Shown here piece by piece: positions 53,600 through 64,000 of a DNA stretch of 64,000 bases. The translations under genes were made by a program, and so were the position numbers. Source of the DNA: Sarea resinae (lineage: Eukaryota); contig JAPEUD010000002.1 in NCBI GenBank assembly GCA_026026165.1, positions 124,001-188,000 of the forward strand, read 5' to 3'. Under the pieces are notes generated by a model that did not search any database, was not told where the DNA came from, and saw only the letters and a list, made by a program, of their open reading frames with translations. The first letter of the stretch is position 1. Every line of letters begins with the position of its first letter.

Positions 53600-55500
53600 A
53601 TAACCCTACTACTAACACCTAATAACTAAGCTATTACTAGTTTACTCTATTACATTCTTCTCTCCTATAAAAATAAAGTTAGCTCTTAACTTTATAAGGA
53701 TAAGAAAGAGATGCTGTTAAGGAAAAAGAATAAGAGAGAGCGCTAAAATCACTTTCTTATAGCGTGTTGTAGTAGGGTTAACAAGTTAGTTAGTTATATA
53801 GAGAGCAGTTAGAGAGATAGGTTAGCGCAGCTGTTTATTATAGCACTATTTCTTACTTTGTAAGTAGTTTCTAGTTCTTTAGTTTATTATACAATTTAGT
53901 TTAGATCTTCTTATTAGTTTAAGTCTAGCAAGCTAATAAGTTAGGTTATTTAAGTGCGTTTTATATTTAGTTCTTAATTGTTTAACATATGTATCTAGTG
54001 TTTTACTCTTACTGCTATTACTGTATCCTATAGTCTACTATATGTATCCTCTACTTCTTACTCTTAAAGAAGCAACTATTAAAGCCCTTTATAGTGTGTC
54101 CTAGTAGATTAGCAAAGAGAGCTTAGAGTAGCCTGCTTATATGCTTTAAGTTGCTTATATAGAGTGTCTACTTAGGTACTTACTAAGTAGGTAGAGGTAG
54201 AAGAACCTGCCTAGGTATAGGTATTAAGTACCTATACTCTAATTAACCTGCCTAATAAGACCTAGTAGGTAGGTGTAGGTACCTATTATATAATATAAAG
54301 ATAGTAGCTAAAATAGCATAGATTGTAAGGTATGTTTTATAGAGCATTAAAAAGCTGCTATTACTCTATAAATATTACCTATATATATTACTAAGTCTAT
54401 TAAGTCTTTATTATAGACTAAGTAAAGTAAAGACTAAAAATACTAAAAGGCAGAGAAAAACTATAAGCCTCTTATAACTTCTTATAACCTATGACTAGAA
54501 GACTAGAAAAGCCTTAATTATATCTCTAACTGCATCTCTAATTACATCTCTAATTGCGCTACTAGGACTAGTAAAACCTTAGAGCTAATGCTATAGAAAC
54601 TTAACCTATATATTACTAGAGATCTAGATACTAAAGCCCTTTATTAAAGCCTTAATAAACTAAGTGTCTTTATAATTAATAGTTATATAGTTCTAATAAA
54701 TGCAGGCCTAAAGCATATCTAGAAAAATTAAGTATAGGATAGAAGAAGAGATAGAAAAACTCACTTTTAAAGAACCTAACTATAAAAGCCTTAGTAGCTT
54801 CTTATAAGGTATATATAGCTAATAACTAAAAACAAAGCTCTCTAAAGAGGTAGTAGTAATAAGATATAACCTTGCAGACTAGGCGCTAGAAAGAGAGCTT
54901 TAGAATAACTAAATTAATAGATTTTTACAATCTCTTAATTTTATAGAGTGCAGATGCTATAGTGTTTAAATGTTACTATAATGTGTTACTCTTAGAGTTT
55001 AGAGACTAAGACTTACTGCCTAAACAAGTGTAATAGAGTTAGATTAGTTTAGGCACACTATAAACCTTACTATAACTATAAAAGGCAGTATCTTTATAAA
55101 CCTATGCTTTTATAGCATCTTTATAGGCCTTTTAGCGTTTAGCATATGTGCTAGTAGTAAAGCGTTGTCTAGTAGTAAGACAACCTTTACATGCTGCTAT
55201 ACTAGCTAAGTTCTTACATAGGGATTTACTACTAGTAATATAATAAGCCTTAGTAGCAGATATTCCTTTACTTTTTCCTTTTCCTTTCCTACTAGTACTA
55301 GAGATAGTCTTATAGGCAGTACACTTAGTACAAGCTATTATCTAGTAAATATTACTATTAAGTGTTACTAGTAGAGGTAGAAAAGAATAACTTACTGTAT
55401 TAGTGACTATAATTATATTAAGAGAGTAAGAGTGTAGTGTAGAGAGTGCTAAAAGAGAATCTTTAGTTAGTATTAAAGAAAGAATCTAGAGAGTTGTTTA
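53600..55500 (-). pseudogene. RIP-destroyed intron-containing gene of unknown function (putative cargo)
   Basis: Minus-strand splice donors GTAAGT (55011-55016) and GTGAGT (54759-54764); codon-like texture; no family recognised; limits approximate. Confidence 0.35.
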
Positions 55501-55618
55501 TAGTTAGGAATAAATAGCTAAGTGCTTTTATAGTCTTAAATGTTACCTAAATGTGTTACTATTAAGCAGTAGTTCTTAAACTCACCTTAACCTTAAAACT
55601 TAAAGAGCACTAAGAGAG

Positions 55619-56113
55619 AAATCTTAATAATGCTAATAATAGAAGTGATAAAGTTTATTAAGTCTTATTAGTTTAATAATAGAAGTGACAAAGTTAATAA
55701 GAGAGAGCAATCCTCTTACTATAGGAGAAGGTTGCTAATAATATAGGTAGTAAGGTTAAATTAAGTAGTAGACCTATATAATATTAAGGTAAATATTTAC
55801 TGCAAGGTATATACCTTAGTTAGTGTTATTAGCTAGTTAATAAGGTATATACCTTGCAGTAAATGTTATTAACTAATTAATAAGGTATATACCTTGTAGT
55901 AAATGTTATTAACTAATTAATAAGGTATATACCTTGTAGTAAATGTTATTAACTATTTAATAAAGTATATACCTTCTGCCTAAATCTTATGTGCCTAGTT
56001 CTACTATGCAATTTAACCTTACTACCTATATTATTAGCAACTTTCTTCTATATAAAGAGAAGTGCTATTTTTTATTAACTCTATTACTTCTATTATTAAT
56101 ATCATTAAGATTT
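55619..56113. repeat. Long inverted repeat enclosing a 40-bp tandem array of AAGGTATATACCTT palindromes
   Basis: gttgctaataatataggtagtaaggttaaatt (55731-55762) is the exact reverse complement of 56010-56041; arms extend imperfectly ~120 bp; palindromes at 55804, 55842, 55882, 55922, 55962 (variant). Confidence 0.92.
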
Positions 56114-56237
56114 CATTAATTTTATTAATCCTATTAACTTCCTAACTGTTTAGGCAGTAGAAAGTTATAAGATAGGTGGCTAATTACTCTCTAAATCACT
56201 TACATCACTTATAAGCTCCTTTTAAGATAAGGCAGCT

Positions 56238-58520
56238 ATAGAGAATACTAGCATTATAAAGAAGAGGTGAGTTTTAAACTTCTAAGTGAAATAGAGTAAG
56301 GTAAAACTAACTTCTTCCTAGAAACTATAGCCTACTAGCAGCTTAGGCCTAAGAGTAATATATTAAGGTAATAATAATACTATAGAAGGCTTATATTAGT
56401 GTAAGAAATAACAAAAGCTTAAGAAAGCTAAATCTAGTATAACTAAGCTAAATCTAGAGATAGAAGAATATAAAGACAATAATTAACTGCCTATAGATCT
56501 TAATAATAGGGCTGTAAGTAATTCTCTATATAGTAGTAGTAGTTAGAAAGGAAATAGTAATAAGAAGATAGATAGTAAGGCTAGGTAATGCATTTAGGTA
56601 ATAATATCTGTAAATATCTGCTAATAGTGCTACTCTAGTAATAGCAGCAGCAATAAAGTTAAGATAGTCTTTATAGTTAAGAAGATAAAGGCAAAGTTCT
56701 TAGATAAGGTTAGAAAAGCAAAGTTCTTAGATAAAGTAGAAAAGGTATATAAGAAGTAGAAGTAGTAACACATCCTAGTAACAATTTTAAACACAAAGCT
56801 AATAATATAATAGGACTATATCTAAGAGATAGAAGTAGAAAGAAACTAACCTTAATAATAAGCTAAAGAGCTTAGACTCTCTTACTCTTAGAAAGAGATA
56901 TCTAAGGTAATATATTTAGGTAATATTATTTGCTAGTGACTGATATTAGTGCAACTTGTAGTGCAACCCCTATAATATCCTCTTATTCTAAGAGAACATT
57001 TAACCTAGAGATAGCTAGCCTAGTAGAACATATAAAAGCCTGCCTATAAAGATATTATACTAGTAAAATAAGGCCTAGGATAGTTCTCTACAGCAAATAA
57101 CAACAGATTGCTAGAGCGTAGCTTAAGGAAGCAAAGTCTAAAGCATTAGAGTTAGAGCTAGATAGTAAACTTAGCGATACTAAGTTTAAAAAGACACTAA
57201 AAAAGCAGATAGAGTAGATAGGAAAGTAAAATCCACCTTAAGAGGCAAACTCTATTATAAGAATAATTACGCTAGTATAATAACAGCATAATAATAAGAC
57301 TTTAAAGAGACTGTTATAGACTCTAAAATAGATAAATTAATAGAACAACGCTTTTTCCTCTACTAGTCTGCTAAGTAGATTACTATACAGCAGCAAAAGG
57401 CTATTAAGGTAGAGAAAGCAAAGGCTAAGGATAATAAGCAGATAGTTAAAGATATTGTTAATATCTTACTACTTAAAGATAATAGAGATAGCTAATCTAA
57501 TAGTAGTGCTAATCCTAAGGTAACACTTTTAGATAACGTTGTTATAGGTTAGAATAGTTTAGTTAGGATTAGTTAGCAAATCACATGCATTGTTCTTAGA
57601 GCATGTAGTTTAAAGAGGATAGTGTTATGTTAAGAGGTTAGGATTAATTTAAAAAGTTTATTAGTTTAGTTATGTTTAGTTTTTTAGGCAGCTTTTAAGC
57701 GCAAGGCAGTTCTTTATTATTTAGTTAAATCAATCAATTAAGAGTTCTCTTACTACTTCCTTCCTAGAGAAGCAGTCACCTTCTAATCCCTTTGCTTTAT
57801 GCTATTCTACTAATTATACCTTAGTAGTAGGTTGTTAAGTAGTTGTTATAGCTATCTTGTTGACTATATAAAGAGTTATTAGGACTGTCTAGGTGTTCTG
57901 CTTTAGCACTGATTTAGTGCGTCTATTTTGTCTCTCTACAACGTTTCTTTACAGCATTTGTCTAATTAGTTTAGCAAAGACAAAATTTAGATAAGCCTAA
58001 CTTATTATTTAGAGTATAGGGCAAACGCATTAGAAGTCGCTTACTAAAAGTAGTCTGCTGCTATAAGAGAGATATCTACTGCTATAGCTATAATAATCTA
58101 GTAGAAGCTAGTGATCTTAATCTAAAAGAGGCAATGTTAGAGTTTATAGAGCAGGTTAAAGACTATACAACCCTCTCTAACAGTGATATAAAGGCTAGGA
58201 CTAATTTTGCTAGGTTTAGCAATTTAGAAGCAGAAGTGTTTCTATTATCTAATAAGGATATTAACCTAATCTTAAGTAATAAGGAAGACTTTATACTGCT
58301 AACTATAAGAGAGAAAACTTAGCTAGAGGACATTCTTAAAAGAGAGGACCTTACTATTACTAGATCTGCTATAGAGAAGGCTCTACTAATAACAGCTAAG
58401 AATGTTCTTATTAATGCAGAAGATAATAAAGATAACTCTACTAATAATACTAAAGAGAAGGACTCTAGTTCTAGTGCTGCTAAGGATAGCAATAAGTAGA
58501 GAGGTAGTTATAGCTAAGTG
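56238..58520 (+). pseudogene. RIP-destroyed multi-exon gene encoding a charged/coiled-coil protein (putative cargo), interrupted by a solo LTR inside an intron
   Basis: Intron 56267-56321 GTGAGT..CTAAC..CTAG and further GTAA donors; residual ORF 58134-58322; intron GTAACAC...TTTACAG split by the LTR at 57540. Confidence 0.5.
57540..57940 (+). mobile_element. Solo LTR (401 bp, TG...CA) with 4-bp ACGT target-site duplication
   Basis: acgt|TGTTATAGG...CTCTACA|acgt; aligns end-to-end with LTR 58633-59032, differing mainly by C->T/G->A. Confidence 0.95.
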
Positions 58521-58632
58521 GCTTTTCTTTATTAGTCTATATCTGCCTAGGGGTAGATTTTCACTTTTTCTCTAGAATTTAGTTTACTAAAAAGGTAACA
58601 CTTACTAGTAACATTATATACATTAATCACGT

Positions 58633-59032
58633 TGTCATAGGTCAGAATGGTTCGGTCAGGATTAGTCAGCAAGTCACGTGCATTGTTCTTAGGGCATATA
58701 GTTCAAGGAGGATGGTGTTACGTTAAGGGGTCAGGATCAATTTAGAAGTTCATCAGTTCAGTCATGTTTAGTTTTTCAGGCAGCTTTTAAGCGCAGAGCA
58801 GTTCTTTATTCTTTAGTTAAATCAATCAATCGAGAGCTCTCCCACCACTTCCTTCCTAGAGGAGCAGTCACCTTCTGATCCCTCTGCTTCGTGCTATTCC
58901 ACTGATTATGCCTTAGTAGTAGGTTGTTGAGTAGTTGTTATAGCTATCTCGTCGACTACACAAGGAGTCATTAGGACTGTCTAGGTGTTCCGCTTCAGCA
59001 CTGATTTGGTGCGTCTATTTCGTCCCTCTATA
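58633..59032 (+). repeat. 5' LTR (400 bp) of the gypsy element
   Basis: Starts TGTCATAGG after ACGT; ends CTCTATA (RIP of CTCTACA) just before the PBS. Confidence 0.93.
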
Positions 59033-59033
59033 T

Positions 59034-59057
59034 TGGTGACCTACGCAGGGCTCGAAC
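59034..59057 (+). promoter_or_regulatory. tRNA primer-binding site TGGTGACCTACGCAGGGCTCGAAC
   Basis: Begins TGG 1 nt after the LTR; complement reads GTTCGAGCCCTGCGTAGGTCACCA (T-loop, acceptor stem, CCA). Confidence 0.85.
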
Positions 59058-59634
59058 TGTTTGCATTCACGCAGTCAAGTGCGATGCTACTAAGCACATA
59101 ACAATGTGGATTGAAACGGCATGTTGAATCAGAAAGAGTGATATATCAGTGAGGAAGACAGGACATTGATACTATTAACTGCCGAACAGATCAGATCAGT
59201 CAAAGCTATTCAGACAGGGCTGCCAGAGACCCTGTAAATCAGAGAAGGAGTGCTTCGGATTCAGATCAGAGATTGCGCTCTTGGCGAACTTCTAGACAGT
59301 CCAATAGTTACACGACAACCCAGACTTATTGTGGAACTCAACTCTATAACCAAACGAGAAGCCGAACGACATAATGCAACGTCAACAGATCAGACGAGTT
59401 TTTCGCTGTCATCGGCAAACAAGTGAGCAGAGTTCTTACGCGAACCCCTCTAAGGTAAAGGGGTACCCCTAACAAAACGACACGAACAAACAGCGACAGC
59501 GGAGTGCAGAGAGAGAGACTTCACAAGGGGAGGAGAGGATAAGAAGAAAAAGTTGCCACTGCATATCGAAAAAGCTTGTCCTTCAGATCGTTCAAGAAAC
59601 CACAAGAATTATTACACCAGCTATTATCGCCGCT

Positions 59635-62040
59635 ATGTCTGCCTCATCTACTAGCTCGAACGCAAGTCCTGTTGCAGGATTGACTCTAGCAGTGTCTACT
59701 CTGCTAGGAGAAAGCACTATAGGGTCTTCTAGCCTTCGATACTTGCAGCCTATGCCTTCGCCTAGAAGTCATAGTGTGCCTTACTTCACTAGAGTTAATG
59801 CTACTGAATTCCTCGAGCGATATAAAGGAATGTGTACAGACTACTAGCTTAGCCTTAAAGAAGCATTCAAGAGGCTGCCACGCTACTGTGAGAGCATTGT
59901 GGCTAGGAACATCAAGACTATGCCGGAATTCAAAACTGATTAGGAAGAATTCAAGAAATCCTTGCTAAGGGAATACGCTGATTAAGATGTGGAACAGCAG
60001 ATCAACTCCTGTGCCTATCTTAAAGCATTGAAGAATAGAACCAGAGCCTAGAAGACAGCTGAGGAAATTCGCTATTACTGCCGCCAATTCATGAGCATCT
60101 CCTACGGTCTCATCTAGAAGAATAAACTTGATAGATACTCTCGCCTCCTCTGGTTTCTACAAGGTCTTCTAGAGACTATGCAAGCGAAAGTTATTTCTCA
60201 GGGACACATCAACCTTGACAAGTACAGCATCGCCGACCTAGACTTCAAGAAAGTATACGACCTAGCTATCAAACAATGCGAATCTATCTGCGCTCTTCAA
60301 AAACTCAATGAAAAGGAACCGACGAAGACTGTACAACTGTTGATTAAGAACTAGAAGCCAGTCCTAAAGACCGACTCAGCCGAACTGCTCGAGCCGCCTG
60401 TAACTTCTAAGCTAACTCAGGCAACAACTACCGCTAAGACCGACAAGGCTATCAAGGATATTACTACCTAGCTTGCGAATCTTGTCCTGCTAGTCAAAGT
60501 GGCAAACGAGAATGCAATGACAACAGCCAAGCTGCTTGCCTCTCTACCTGTATCGTGGAACTAAGGCGCGGCACAGAATGGATCAGCAAATGCTCGACCA
60601 GCACCTAGTGCTGCGGTAGCCTCAGCTAGGAACGATGGCGAATTGCCTATGCTAGGATGTTAGGGGTGTGGAAGAACTGACTATGGCGTTGCTAATTGCC
60701 CTATGATTAGACAGTTACTCGCCTATTCTAAAATCCACTTCAACGAGCGAAACAGAATGTGCCTAGGACCTAAAGAAAGCGGCGGACCTGAATTGAGGAT
60801 TCCTAGAGGAGAATATCGCGCCGTGTTTGCTGAGCGAGAATATAAGAAGTGGTACAATCAGCGCAAACAAGAAATCAGAGTCAACTCTATTCGCATCGCC
60901 TCTATCAGTGCAAGGGACCTGCAAGCCAATGATACTGATAAGGAGGTGGAAGACAGTGAAAACTCTGCCTTAGTTCAGGCAGCACGTCAACTAGAGAAGA
61001 TTTTAAGACGCAGATCAGACCCTACTCGAAGTGGGAAGGTTCTCGACCCTTAGAGTAGAGTACAGAAACAGAGGATCGAGAAAGAAGACAAACTCCTGGC
61101 TGCGAAGAACATCCGCCTAGGAACCTATCAGAGAAACCAGTATACAGAGGAGGGAGATGTCGCATACACAAGGACAGACAAAGATCGACAAACATCTAGA
61201 CCGTCTAGGACTTCAAAAGAGGTAAAGTTCGAAGTCCTAGAGGAGATGGAAATAGATCAAGCATCAAACAAGAAGCAAAGGCGAAGGCGACTGTCAGACG
61301 TGCTGAAAGAAGAATCGAATCCTACAGGACTAGTTAGAAGGATCCTTGATCAACCGCTAGCACATGTGACTGTTCGAGAGCTCTTAGGATGTTCTCTAGA
61401 CGTCTAAAAGATTTTCTTCAAACAGCTGGCGGAAGACTAGATCAAAGCAACATATTAATCGCCGTCTAGAAGTGAGGAAAACAGGTCACAGGACCTAAAA
61501 GGGAATGCCTCTCAAAGACCAGTAATGGTTAGAAAGGTGTCTAGCTCGAATTATCAGGATCAGGAACCGACAAAGGATGTGCTGTATGCAGCTAGGTGCA
61601 TGATAGCGGATGTGAGCATAGAAGGAAGCCTATAGACTAGGGCCCTCCTAGACAGTAGAGCTGAGATCTGTCTGATAAGTCTTAAGATAGCACAGAATAT
61701 TGGTATTAGCTAGACTCCGAATCCAGCTACCACTATGGTTGGCATCAACGGAAAACCTGCGGCATTCGTCGGATGCGCAGAAGCAGTCGAAGTTGAAGTC
61801 AGAGGGGTTATCACGCGGGTGCCGATTTTTATAGCGGACTATTCTGATCGACCGCTTGTTCTTAGACAGCCGTACTAGATAGCATCCTAGATGAGAACAG
61901 AGGTTAGAGAAGATAGGACAACTATGTGTACTGTCTTCTCTGAAGACTAGAAGAGGTCAAGGATGTTTAGCGCCGCTCAGATAGGGAGCACTTCAGACTG
62001 TGCGTACGACGATGTGTTTCCTGACTATTCAAAAAACTAG
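59635..62040 (+). pseudogene. gag-protease ORF of the gypsy element (RIP stops)
   Basis: ORF fragments at 59635 and 60703 and the protease motif at 61642 share one frame, ending TCA AAA AAC TAG at 62040. Confidence 0.85.
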
Positions 62041-62080
62041 GTGGCGGGCACTACCTCGAGCAGGTGTCTGTAGCGCCTAT
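62031..62080 (+). promoter_or_regulatory. Programmed -1 ribosomal frameshift signal (A AAA AAC + downstream stem)
   Basis: Slippery heptamer in the gag frame immediately before TAG; the -1 frame is the RT frame; GCGGGCAC...GTGTCTGT can pair downstream. Confidence 0.75.
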
Positions 62081-64000
62081 AAGACTGGTTGGGAAAAACA
62101 CAGAGGAAGACTCGATAGAAAGTGTGACGCGAATAGATAAGCCTTTAGAGATGTCGCAAAGTCTGGACGTGAACTCCTAGACTGACCAGAAGTTAGAGAG
62201 CCTGATCAGACAATTCCAGGCGCTGAAGGTAACAGAAGGGGAGACATTTCAGATGTCGAAAAGAATGCCGGATCCTGAGTTCGATCCGGGACCTAGGAAA
62301 GACTCTGTTCGTGTAGAAACGCTGTACAAGAAGAAAGGGATAAAGGTGAAACCAGTCGATTAGTCAACCTCAGACAGGAGCACGCTAGGAGGAGCAAGGG
62401 ATTGGAAAAAGGCCGCGAAGGAAGCTGATTAGGACGACCTGAAGAAGTCTAGAGGAGACAAGTTAGGCTAGGAAGCTTAGGATTTCGACGCCCTGTTAAT
62501 TGAGAAGTTTTCAGACCTTCTACAAGGAACGAGACTCACCTTAGAGCGACTAGGAAAGATGATTGTTGGCGATGATATGACTGACCGAGAAAAGGAGATG
62601 CTGACCGCTATGCTTTATAACCGCGAAAAGGCACTGGCATAGGAGTTCTCAGAAATTAGAAGGGTTTGTCCTAAGGTTGCGCCTCTGCAAGAGATCTGAA
62701 CTATTCCACATGAGGCATGGCAGGCGAGCAGCTTCTTGGTTCCGCGGGCACTGACCGAAACGATTATCGAGATGCTTTAAGAAAGGCTTAAGAATGGTCT
62801 CCTCGAACCCTGCCATAGGCCTTACCGAAACCCCTGGTTCCTAGTGAAGAAGAAATCCGGAAAATATCGCATGGTAAATGCAGCAATAGCAATCAACAAG
62901 GTCACGATACGAGATGCGAACCTCCTACTGTCAGTAGAGGAGTTTTCAGAGGAATTTGCAGGAATGCAGGTGGCCTCCTTAATTGATTTCTTCTCTAGAT
63001 ACGACCAAATCGAGTTAGCAGAGCATTGCCGAGATTTGACCGCGTTTATAACACTACTTGGCTTGCTACGTCAGACTACCTTACCACAAGGGGCAACCAA
63101 CTCAGTGGCACAGTTCGTGAGGATTGTTACTAAAATCTTGGCCGACCATATACCAAGACTAGCTAGGCTGTTCCTTGACGATATCGGCGTAAAAGGGCCG
63201 AAGACAAATTACAACAATGAGGAGATCCTACCTAGCATAAGGCGCTTTATGGCGGAACATATTCAGGCACTAGACAAGGTCCTTGTTGACATCGAGCGGT
63301 CAGGATGCACAGTTTCTGGAGAAAAGTCACAGTTCGGCATGGGTGGCATAAAAATAGTCGGATATGTATGCGACTCAGACGGCAGGCATCCTGACAGCAC
63401 TAAGGTCCTAAAAATTGTCGAATGGCCAGAATGTAAGAACGTCACAGAAGCCTAGGCCTTTATTGGAATTTGCGTCTACTATCGAATTTTTATCCAGGAC
63501 TTCGCGATCATAGCCAGACCAATATTTATCCTATTCAAGAAGGATGTCGATTTTACCTAGGGACAAGACTAGATTTTCGCTATAGACCAGCTAAAGTACG
63601 CTCTGACTTCTGCACCCGCGCTTGTTACAATAGTCTATAGACTAGAAGGAGGAGAGATAATCCTAGCTGTCGACGCAAGCTTGTTAGGTTAGGGAGCAGT
63701 GCTAATGCAGATCAACCTACATACTAGAAAGCGACACCCTATCTGGTTTGAAAGTGGTCTGTAGAACGATGCTGAAAAGAAGTATGATGCTAGGAAGCGA
63801 GAATGCCGAGGACTACTCAAAGCGTTGAAGAAAGTACGAGTCTATTTGTACGGCTAAGAATTTACAGTGGAATCAGATGCTAATACGCTTGTGGCTCAAC
63901 TAAACATGCCAGCATCGGACCTCCCTAGAGCATTAGTTACGCGCTGGCTAGCCTGGATACAGCTATTTGACTTCACAGTCCGCTATGTCCCTAGACAGAA
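62037..64000 (+). pseudogene. pol (RT, RNase H) of the gypsy element, RIP-inactivated, truncated by window end
   Basis: ORF 62844-63455 RT core; GPYRNPWFLV, DASLLG*GAVL, YDARKRECRGLLKAL RNase H motifs. Confidence 0.9.

Larger units (their letters stand above)
52257..58632 (+). mobile_element. RIP-degraded Starship-like / DUF3435 tyrosine-recombinase element (left end here; right end not identified, interrupted by LTR elements)
   Basis: Sharp switch to extreme TpA-rich DNA at ~52.25 kb; inward-facing captain-like gene as first gene; intron-containing non-TE gene relics downstream. Confidence 0.6.
58633..64000 (+). mobile_element. Ty3/gypsy LTR retrotransposon (Ylt1-like, non-chromovirus-type RT), RIP-inactivated, continues beyond window
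   Basis: 5' LTR 58633-59032; PBS at 59034; gag with C*GCGRTDYGVANC knuckle; protease ALLDSRAE (DSG); RT VKKKSGKYRMV..LPQGATNSVAQF..FLDDIGVKG; RNase H ILAVDAS; many TAG stops at expected TGG/CAG. Confidence 0.95.

Noticed and set aside
55795..55980. 40-bp periodic array as a CRISPR array
   Set aside because: The sequences between palindromes are near-identical rather than unique spacers; eukaryotic context, no cas genes
57540..59032. The two LTRs as ends of one short TRIM-like element
   Set aside because: The first LTR has its own ACGT duplication on both sides, the DNA between continues the interrupted gene, and the PBS follows the second LTR
59034..59060. tRNA gene on the minus strand
   Set aside because: Only the 3' ~24 nt including CCA are present, directly after an LTR; it is a PBS

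Overview
This is eukaryotic fungal DNA (filamentous ascomycete, Pezizomycotina-like): spliceosomal GT-AG introns with CTRAC/CTAAT branch sites and strong RIP (C->T/G->A) mutation. 1-6.1 kb is an accessory zone: a RIP-damaged pseudogene, an F-box-like ORF, a trans-enoyl-reductase relic and a DUF3425 regulator. 6.8-31.3 kb is a housekeeping block (GYP5-like Rab-GAP, TOM1 HECT ligase, RIB5, HOM2, PRS2/4-like, RPS6). 31.4-36.7 kb holds relics (copia RT/RNaseH fragment, PD-(D/E)XK-like pseudogene). 37-51 kb has a divergent hppD + TTC36-like TPR (probable hmgX) pair, a PD-(D/E)XK-like gene, a divergent MFS + TauD sulfonate-scavenging pair with CYS-3/MetR-type sites, and an ECM33-like protein with a TM helix and cytosolic tail. 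52.2-64 kb is a RIP-degraded nested mobile region: a DUF3435 (Starship captain-like) tyrosine recombinase relic at the left edge, two divergent intron-containing cargo-like relics separated by a ~500-bp inverted repeat enclosing a 40-bp palindromic array, a solo LTR with an ACGT target-site duplication, and a Ty3/gypsy element (LTR, PBS, gag-PR, -1 frameshift, RT, RNaseH) running off the window. Family assignments come from motif recognition, not database searches; coordinates were read by eye.
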